IMG/VR virus record: IMGVR_UViG_3300045988_130630
DNA from: a virus
Strand: one strand, 5' to 3'
DNA length: 42,988 nt
A program made the translations under genes and the position numbers. Positions 35,908 to 42,988 of the stretch are shown here, one piece after another. Position 1 is the first letter of the stretch. The number at the start of each line of letters is the position of its first letter. The notes under the pieces are model-generated. The model was not told where the DNA came from and made no database searches. It saw only the letters and a program-made list of their open reading frames with translations.

Positions 35908-37017
35908 ATGTTAGATAAAAATAATTTAATTGCTCTTATGAAGCAAGTTGCTAAGGCTGATCCTTCTGCTCCTGTTGCTTATAGTTATGAGGGAAAAAAT
36001 CTTAGTTATGAAGCCTTGAATGAAACTCTTCGTAATGAAATGAATGAGTTGGCTGGCACTTACGCTCTTTATCGTGAAAATAAGAATCTTATTTTCTCTA
36101 TGATTGAGCAGACTCTTGATGAGGTTCTTCCTAAGAAAGTTATTCAGCAATATGATCAGTTTGCTGAGGTTAAGACTTTCGCTCAGGGTGATAAACCTAT
36201 CTTCCGTCGTCCTCTTAATAATCGTGCTCGTGCTAAGCAGTTTGTAACTCGCGTTGGTCTTGCTGGTATTTATGAAGTCTTCAAGCTCGGACCTAAAGAG
36301 AATGAAGCCTTCGAGGTACGTACTAGCGCTATCGGCGGAGCTGCTCAGATCGGCTTCGAAGAGTTCCTCGATGGTCGTGTTGATTTCGGTGAAGTAACCA
36401 AGATCATCATGGATGGTATGGATGAACTTATTTATAAAGAAGTCGCTGCCGCTCTTAGATCTTCTATCAATCAGCTTCCTCCTGCTAACCGCGTTGCGGC
36501 TGCCGGATTTGATGAAGCTGCTATGGATCGTTTGATCACCATTGCTTCTGCTTATGGTACTCCTACTATTTATTGTACTTATGAGTTTGCTGTTAAGATG
36601 ATTCCTCATGAGGCTTGGAGATATACTGAAGCTATGAAGAATGAGCTTTGGAATAATGGTCGTCTTGCTACCTATAAGGGCACTAAGGTTATTATTCTTG
36701 AGCAGGGCTTTGAAGATGAAACCAATACTCGTAAGGTTATTGATCCTGGTTATGCTTGGGTTATTCCTACGGGCGCTGATGGTAAGCCTGTAAAGATTGC
36801 TTTCGAAGGTGGCACTATTGTTGACGAGTTCAACAATTATGATCGTTCTCGTGAGATTTAGGTTTACAAGAAGGTTGGCGTAGTTTGCATGCTCGCTAAT
36901 AACATCTGTGCTTATGTTGATACTTCACTTCTCGGTCAGATGTATACTTGGAATTATGATGGAGTTACTGGCAAGGTTATCACTTATGATGGTCGCCTTA
37001 GTGGTGCTACTGTTTAA
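35908..37017 (+). CDS. putative major capsid protein (369 aa, one TAG near the C-terminus)
   Basis: Track ORF 35908-36861 extended through one TAG to the TAA at 37015. AAAGGAGAAAAGG ribosome-binding site. Immediately followed by a strong terminator. Position after the scaffold-like gene. Confidence 0.45.
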
Positions 37018-37034
37018 TTTAATATAAATTATTC

Positions 37035-37080
37035 CATGGGGAGAAGGGATTAAACTCCCTCTCCCCATATTTTTGTTTTA
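37035..37080 (+). terminator. Rho-independent terminator (GGGGAGAAGGG..CCCTCTCCCC followed by ATATTTTTGTTTT) after the capsid gene
   Basis: Read directly. Confidence 0.6.
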
Positions 37081-37103
37081 TGAGTAAAAGGAGAAATTGA
37101 ATA

Positions 37104-37697
37104 ATGATTAATAATGAAGATATTTATAATGTAAAAAATAGAAGCACTAGTGTAGTTGTTTATACTATTCCTGATACTAATTTGCGTCGTGAATTTGCGC
37201 CCGGTGAAACTAAGCGTATTCCATTTGGTGAGCTAGAAAAATTAACTTATCAAGCAGGCGGCCGCGAATTAATTGCTAATTTTTTACAAATTTTAGAGCC
37301 AGAAGTAACTCATACTCTTAATGTTCATACTGAACCTGAATACAATATGTCAGAGCAACAAGTTGCTGATTTAATTCTTAATGGCTCATTAGATGCTTTC
37401 TTAGATGCTCTTGATTTTGCTCCTATTGGAATTATTGACTTAATCAAGAATTTATCTGTTAGCCTTCCTATTACTGATATTAATAAGCGTAGAGCTTTGA
37501 AGGAAAAAACTGGGTTTGATGTTGATAAAGCTATTGCTAATGATATCGCTAGTAAAGAAGAAGATACTATCGTAGAAAAAGAACCTGCAACTAAGCGCCG
37601 TGTAGTAAGAGAAGAACCTACTACTCAAGGTCGTCGTACAAGCGGTTCTGGATATAAAGTAATTAATAAAACCGAGGAAACTTCCTCCAAGAAATAA
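37104..37697 (+). CDS. hypothetical structural protein (197 aa, no TAG)
   Basis: Supplied ORF track; AAAGGAGAAA ribosome-binding site. Confidence 0.5.
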   Translation: MINNEDIYNVKNRSTSVVVYTIPDTNLRREFAPGETKRIPFGELEKLTYQAGGRELIANFLQILEPEVTHTLNVHTEPEYNMSEQQVADLILNGSLDAFLDALDFAPIGIIDLIKNLSVSLPITDINKRRALKEKTGFDVDKAIANDIASKEEDTIVEKEPATKRRVVREEPTTQGRRTSGSGYKVINKTEETSSKK

Positions 37698-37716
37698 TTT
37701 ATAGGAGGGCGATTAA

Positions 37717-38289
37717 GTGGGAACATTATTCTCAACTGTTTATAATCGCTTTCTAAACAAGGTTACTGATGATATGTATCTGGAATTGACCCCTGAAGAT
37801 ACTCTAAGAGATTTATAGAATCTTATAATAGATGCTATTCCTGGATTTGAATTTCCGCGAAAAAATCTTTTAGATTATAATTTAGATGTTGCTACTATTA
37901 ATGAATCTGAGGCTATGCCAAATGATTTTATTGTAGGAACAGTATGGGGAGAACTTCCAGAACCGGGTGAAGAACCTCAAGTTTTAGTTGATAGATCCAG
38001 CTTTAATTGTGATCTAACTGAAGAAGAAATTAATATTTTAGCTATTTTAATGATGTGCGGTTGGACGCAAAGACAAGTCACTTCAATTGAGAACACTCGA
38101 ATGAAATACAGTGGCTCTGATTTTAAATTTACTTCTTAGGCAAATCATTTATCAAAGTTATTAAACTTATTAGGTGAATGCCAAAGACAATCTCACCATA
38201 TGTAGCGTTTATATAAACGTAGACGTTTAAATAATAAAGGTGAATATGAATCTAATTGGGATGTGTTTAAAAGTCGATATGATTACTAA
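37717..38289 (+). CDS. TAG-recoded hypothetical protein (190 aa, 3 TAGs), possibly a head-tail connector
   Basis: AGGAGGG ribosome-binding site then GTG; in frame with track ORF 37915-38139; open to the TAA at 38287. Confidence 0.4.
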
Positions 38290-38587
38290 ATATAATTTTG
38301 ATATTCCAATAGAGAGTATAAAAGTAAATTGTTTGCGCTTAACCAATCAATTATGGAAATTAATTCCAATGCGCGAAAATAATGAAGATTGGCATAAATA
38401 GCTAGAAACTGTTATAAATGAAATTGTGGGGTTTAGTGTGATTTTTAGCGCTGAACCCCTTTATTTATAGTTATTAAACAAACTTGAGGGATTGTAGAAT
38501 CAAGATACTGATTTTAATTTTTATCGTAAGACTGTATTTGAAACGATTAGTCTTTTATAGGAGATAAATTATGGCATCAGGGTTTGA
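38279..38587 (+). CDS. TAG-recoded hypothetical protein (about 102 aa, 4 TAGs); start uncertain
   Basis: Frame open from the ATG at 38279 to the TGA at 38585 with TAG read through. Confidence 0.3.
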
Positions 38588-39635
38588 TTATAGTAGTAAG
38601 CAACCTTTTAGATTACAACAAGGTCGCTTAGGAATTTATGATAAGCCACCCTTTGAAGGTAGCCCTGTTGAAGGCGTTAATTATACAGCGGTTCGGCTCG
38701 GTTAGATGGGCGGAAACCGCCAACAAGAGCGTATGATTTTATCTAAGCGCAGAAGTTTAGATAGAGCAGTATGGAATTCATATCAAGCCGCGGAAATTAT
38801 TAAATAGGATGCGGAATATAAAAAACCTATTAGGTGTTTGATTAATCCTAATAAATTAAAATAGGATTATGATGACAAGATTTTGTCTGTTGGAAATGAA
38901 TATTAGTTTAAACCGGGAGATATTTTTGAATGGTGTGGAACTAATACCTATTGGATTTGTTATCTTTAGGATTTGACTGAATTAGCTTATTTTAGAGGAG
39001 ATATTAGGAAATGCTCTTATAAGATAAATTGGGTAGATGAGGGAGAGAAGAAATCTACTTATGCAGCAATTCGCGGTCCTGTAGAAACGAAAATTGATTA
39101 TATTCAGAAACATGAAATTAGTATAGATAATCCCAATTATTCATTAAATATTTTAATGCCAAAAAATAAAGATACGTTAAGATATTTTAAACGTTATACT
39201 AAATTTTATTTAGATAGTTAGGATGAGGGAGATAATTTAATTTGTTGGCGTGTTGAAGCTGTAGATTCTATAAGTATGCCTGGCATTTTAGAAATCAATG
39301 CGACTGAATATTATACTAATGAGTAGGAAGACAATTTAGACGATAAGACTGTTGGTTCTTTAATTACAGAACCAATTGATCCAAATCCTACGACAACTGA
39401 TATTATAGGGGAAACATTTATTTTTCCAAAGAGAACTTATACTTATTATTTTGATGGTGAAGTTGTTTTAGAATGGAAAATAAAAAATAATAAAAAGTTG
39501 CCGGTTTCTTTAAAAATTATTAAAGAAGCAAAAAAGCCAACAGTTGAAATAAGTTGGACTTCTGGATATAGCGGATAGTTCGATTTATGTTATGGAGACT
39601 ATAAGAAAACGATTGTAGTTCAATCATTGTTTTAA
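38571..39635 (+). CDS. TAG-recoded hypothetical structural protein (354 aa, 9 TAGs)
   Basis: ATG at 38571 after a GGAG ribosome-binding site; in frame with track ORF 38973-39221; open to the TAA at 39633. Confidence 0.45.
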
Positions 39636-39650
39636 GGAGTAAAAGGTGTT

Positions 39651-40232
39651 ATGAAAATTAATGGTGTAAATTTACCTAAATCAAGTTTTTTTTCTGTTGA
39701 AAAAGATTTAGAAATTATTGTAAAACATCTCTGTAAAAATGAGAGATTAAAGCGCTTATTGTATTATACAACAAAAGATGCTATTGATAAGCCAGATTTA
39801 AATGATGAACAAATGATTCAATTATTTAATAAAAATATTAAGTTAATTCCTAAGCTTTATGTTGATGGAAGTGTATTAAATTATTTAATTATTAATTTTG
39901 ATAATTTTACACAAAGCGGAAATCCTGAGTTTAGAGATAATATTGTTGAATTCGATATTATTTGTCATTTTGATCAATGGCATTTAAAAGATTATCAATT
40001 GCGCCCTTATCGTATCGCCGCAGAAATTGACAGCATGATAGATAAAACACATTTAACTGGTATTGGCAAATTAGAATTTCTTGGTGCGAATCAAATTATT
40101 TTAACTGATGAATATGCTGGTTTATGCCTTATGTATCAGGCAGTTCATGGCGAAGAAGATAAAAAATTTATGCCGAATCCTAATGACGAGGAAAGATTTA
40201 TAGAAGATTTTAAAAAAAGAACTGAAAAATAA
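39651..40232 (+). CDS. hypothetical protein (193 aa, no TAG)
   Basis: Supplied ORF track; AAGGAG ribosome-binding site. Confidence 0.5.
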   Translation: MKINGVNLPKSSFFSVEKDLEIIVKHLCKNERLKRLLYYTTKDAIDKPDLNDEQMIQLFNKNIKLIPKLYVDGSVLNYLIINFDNFTQSGNPEFRDNIVEFDIICHFDQWHLKDYQLRPYRIAAEIDSMIDKTHLTGIGKLEFLGANQIILTDEYAGLCLMYQAVHGEEDKKFMPNPNDEERFIEDFKKRTEK

Positions 40233-40957
40233 TGGATATTAGACTTGGGTTAATGACAGGTATTGATTTGCCAATACCTGAATTAGAAGTCACTATTCAT
40301 TAGCCATCTATAAAAGAGATTTCTTTTATAGGTGAAAAAGATCTTTTCTTGGGGATTTAGTGCTTATGTATTGATAAAAACATAATAGAGAATTCGGGCG
40401 AAAGTCTTTTAAGAGAAACAAATAATTTTTAGATATTTATGACAATGATGAAAGAAAAAGAGATGGCCGATAAAAAACAAGCATCTATATAGGTTCTTAC
40501 ATTATTGTTTCCAAAGCAAAATGTTTTATTTACCCCGAGGTCAATTGTTTTACAAGGTGACCCACAAATAATGATTGACGAAAGCAATTTTAATATATTA
40601 TAGGAATATATTAAAGAAATATTTTGTTTTAAATCTAATGCTTCGCAAGAAATGGGATTCAATCCTGGAAATGCGGCCGCGAAAAAGATAGCCGATAAAT
40701 TAATGCGAGGTAGACAACGTGTCGCTGAATTAAATGGCACGGCTAATGCTAGTATATTTAGTTAGTATCTTTCAATGCTTACTATAGGTCTTGATTCAAT
40801 GTCTTTACAGGATTTAATGGATTTAACAATGTTCCAACTCTATGACCTTGTTGAAAGATATCAACTTTATATTAATTGGGATATTGATATCCGGTCTAGA
40901 TTAGCGGGCGCGAAGCCTGATAATAAGCCGGATAACTGGATGAAAAATATCCATTAA
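40232..40957 (+). CDS. TAG-recoded hypothetical protein (241 aa, 7 TAGs)
   Basis: ATG overlaps the upstream stop (TAATG); in frame with track ORF 40775-40957. Confidence 0.45.
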
Positions 40958-40981
40958 ATTTTTTAAGGAGGAAAAAAACCT

Positions 40982-41965
40982 ATGAAATTTGGTGTACGCG
41001 AAATTTGCGATGTCGTTTTAAAGGCAAAGGCTAATCAAAAGATTGGTAATAAGCAATTTTATAAGAATGAGCCAGTTATTTATTTCGACACTTTAAAGAC
41101 TTCCAGTATGGAAGGCGCTGCTACCACCGTATACGCACAAGGTGGACGTGGTAATACTAACTTAGTCGCATGGGAAGGCGAGCGTACTGTTACCTTCACA
41201 ATGGAAGATGCTCTTATTTCTCCTGAAGGTTTCATGATTCTTTCCGGTGCTGGTCTTGTTGAGGCTTCTGCTAAAAATAAGATTAAGCAACATATTACTC
41301 AAACTGTTGATAAGACTAAAGACATTGTCCCTGCTAATACTGAAAAAGACATTAAAACTGATGGATTGATTATTCCTGTCTCTTATGCCCCTTATCTTGA
41401 TAATGAACATAAAGATGACGATTATGTTTATGTTTTCTTCATGAAGGATGGCGAAATTATTTCTGAGCCTTATTTAGCACATGAAGGAGTTACCACTGGA
41501 GACGCTGGTTTTAGTGTTACCGTAAAGGGATTTGCTCGTTCTACTGGAGCGGCTTATACCACTAACGATTTAGAGAATGATTATGCTAAATGCGATTCTG
41601 TAATGGTTGATTATTACACTGAGCGTGAATCTGGCGCTAAGCAGATTGAAATTACTGCTGATAAGTTCGGTGGTAACTACTATCTTGAAGCTTCTACCTT
41701 ATTCCGTAATCAAGATGGTGTAGATATGCCTGCTGAATTTATTATTCCTAACTGCAAGATTCAATCCAACTTTAACTTTACAATGGCTTCTTCTGGTGAT
41801 CCTTCTACTTTCACCTTTACTATGGATGCATTCCCTGATTATACTCGTTTCGATCATAGTAAGAAAGTTTTGGCTGCTATTCAGATTATTGAAGAAGACG
41901 AAACTGTTGACAACGATATTCGTAGAAAGACCGCTGCTGATAGCACCATTGCTGTTGGAGGCTAA
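40982..41965 (+). CDS. putative major tail (tube) protein (327 aa, no TAG)
   Basis: Strong AAGGAGGAAAAAAACC ribosome-binding site; no TAG; followed by a small gene and a strong terminator. Position downstream of the head genes. Confidence 0.4.
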   Translation: MKFGVREICDVVLKAKANQKIGNKQFYKNEPVIYFDTLKTSSMEGAATTVYAQGGRGNTNLVAWEGERTVTFTMEDALISPEGFMILSGAGLVEASAKNKIKQHITQTVDKTKDIVPANTEKDIKTDGLIIPVSYAPYLDNEHKDDDYVYVFFMKDGEIISEPYLAHEGVTTGDAGFSVTVKGFARSTGAAYTTNDLENDYAKCDSVMVDYYTERESGAKQIEITADKFGGNYYLEASTLFRNQDGVDMPAEFIIPNCKIQSNFNFTMASSGDPSTFTFTMDAFPDYTRFDHSKKVLAAIQIIEEDETVDNDIRRKTAADSTIAVGG

Positions 41966-41970
41966 TTAAT

Positions 41971-42153
41971 ATGGTTGTAAAAGGTCCAGTAAAATATACT
42001 CCACCAAAACAGCCTAAAAAAGAATCTACTAAAAAGCAGCCAAAAGTAGAAAAGGCTGTAAAGAAAGAGCTTATCGAGCCTATTGAGGAAGTAGTTCTTC
42101 AAGAGGAAGATGAGGTAAGTAAGATTTTATCTGAATTAGATAAAAAAGATTAA
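41971..42153 (+). CDS. small basic/acidic protein (60 aa, no TAG)
   Basis: Supplied ORF track. Confidence 0.4.
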   Translation: MVVKGPVKYTPPKQPKKESTKKQPKVEKAVKKELIEPIEEVVLQEEDEVSKILSELDKKD

Positions 42154-42154
42154 T

Positions 42155-42195
42155 TAATGGGAGAGAATAGAAATATTCTCTCCCATTTTTTTGTT
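42155..42195 (+). terminator. Rho-independent terminator (GGGAGAGAATA..TATTCTCTCCC followed by ATTTTTTTGTT)
   Basis: Read directly. Confidence 0.6.
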
Positions 42196-42217
42196 ATGTG
42201 AAAAAGGAGGATTAAAT

Positions 42218-42988
42218 TTGGTAATTAAAAATAATTATAGTAATAATAGTCAAGAAAGTTAGAAAATTGCTGAGGATTTTATTTATTGGACTGAAGATAT
42301 GATAAAAGAGCAGTTATAGTAGGAACATTTTAAAGAATTATATGAAAAAATAAGAAAATCATCAGAAATATTAATTAAACATTTTACTATTTTTGATAAT
42401 ATTTAGAAAAAGCATAATAGTAAAATAAATAAATCAATGACTATGACTTTAAATTTATTAGAATAGAAAAAAATATTAATCTATTAGGAATTTTTTAATT
42501 TATAGAATTTAATTAATGAGTTTTTAAGTCAAGAAATAAAAATTACTGCTGTTTATGTTGATCCAATTACAGGCCAAAGAGAGATTAGATTAATGGATAA
42601 TGATATAAAAAATATTCAAGCAGTTGAAAAAACATCTGTATAGGGTTATAATTATGCTAAATTAGAATATGATATGAATTAGCATTATGAAAATTTAAAA
42701 AATGCTTTGCCAGATGATGATAATAAAGGACTATAGAATACAGCAATGCAAGTGGAATTAAGATATAATAAATATAAAAAGAGAATATTATGGTATAAAA
42801 ATTAGTGGAAAGGATATACAATGTCTACTCGTGGTCCTATTAATGAAGCATTTGTATCTTTTTATATAAATAATATTAAATTTAATTCAGATCTTGAAAC
42901 AAATATTGATTATTTTATGTTAGATCCTACTATGGGTGCAATTAATGCTGATAATATGAATGGATTTTTAATTGGAGACGTGTCTGGG
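42218..42988 (+). CDS. TAG-recoded protein, partial (at least 257 codons with 13 in-frame TAGs; continues past the window end)
   Basis: AAAGGAGG ribosome-binding site then TTG at 42218. There is no TAA or TGA in 771 nt of 25%-GC sequence in this frame, which is open only if TAG is read through. Confidence 0.45.

Overview
The window reads as a bacteriophage genome segment with three contrasting parts.

(1) Positions 1-4660 are a minus-strand block of small genes written in standard code. At its left end sit a metallophosphoesterase gene and a stop-codon-recoded endonuclease gene.

(2) Positions 4700-7420 are an AT-rich plus-strand region. It has two families of direct repeats (iterons) flanking a recoded winged-helix Rep-like gene, which looks like a replication origin. 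It also contains a 660-bp GC-richer insertion flanked by 26-bp direct repeats.

(3) Positions 7700-27100 are a GC-rich (~50%) minus-strand early-type block of about 45 small standard-code genes. Almost every gene has its own near-consensus sigma70-type promoter (TTGACA, 17-bp spacer, TGnTATAAT) and a bidirectional hairpin terminator. Scattered among them are at least 7 copies of a composite intergenic module: convergent promoters around a GC palindrome, then a terminator. Recognisable products include:
- an AbrB/SpoVT-family DNA-binding protein,
- a DEDDh 3'-5' exonuclease,
- a HAD 5'-deoxynucleotidase,
- a T5orf172-like domain protein,
- several membrane and Zn-ribbon micro-proteins.

(4) Positions 27240-42988 are an AT-rich (~32%) plus-strand late/structural operon driven by one sigma70 promoter. 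It encodes terminase large subunit, portal, a scaffold-like protein, putative major capsid and tail proteins, and others. The reading frames stay open only if TAG is translated (TAG to Gln, code-15-like).

Three putative homing-endonuclease genes are also recoded: two Vsr/DUF559-like (261-1190, 31337-31693) and one GIY-YIG (21563-22363). In each, the TAG falls exactly at a conserved Gln (YIGQ or EYDGxQH).

No tRNA (including a suppressor tRNA), rRNA or CRISPR array was found in this window. All coordinates come from manual translation and may be off by a few nucleotides.
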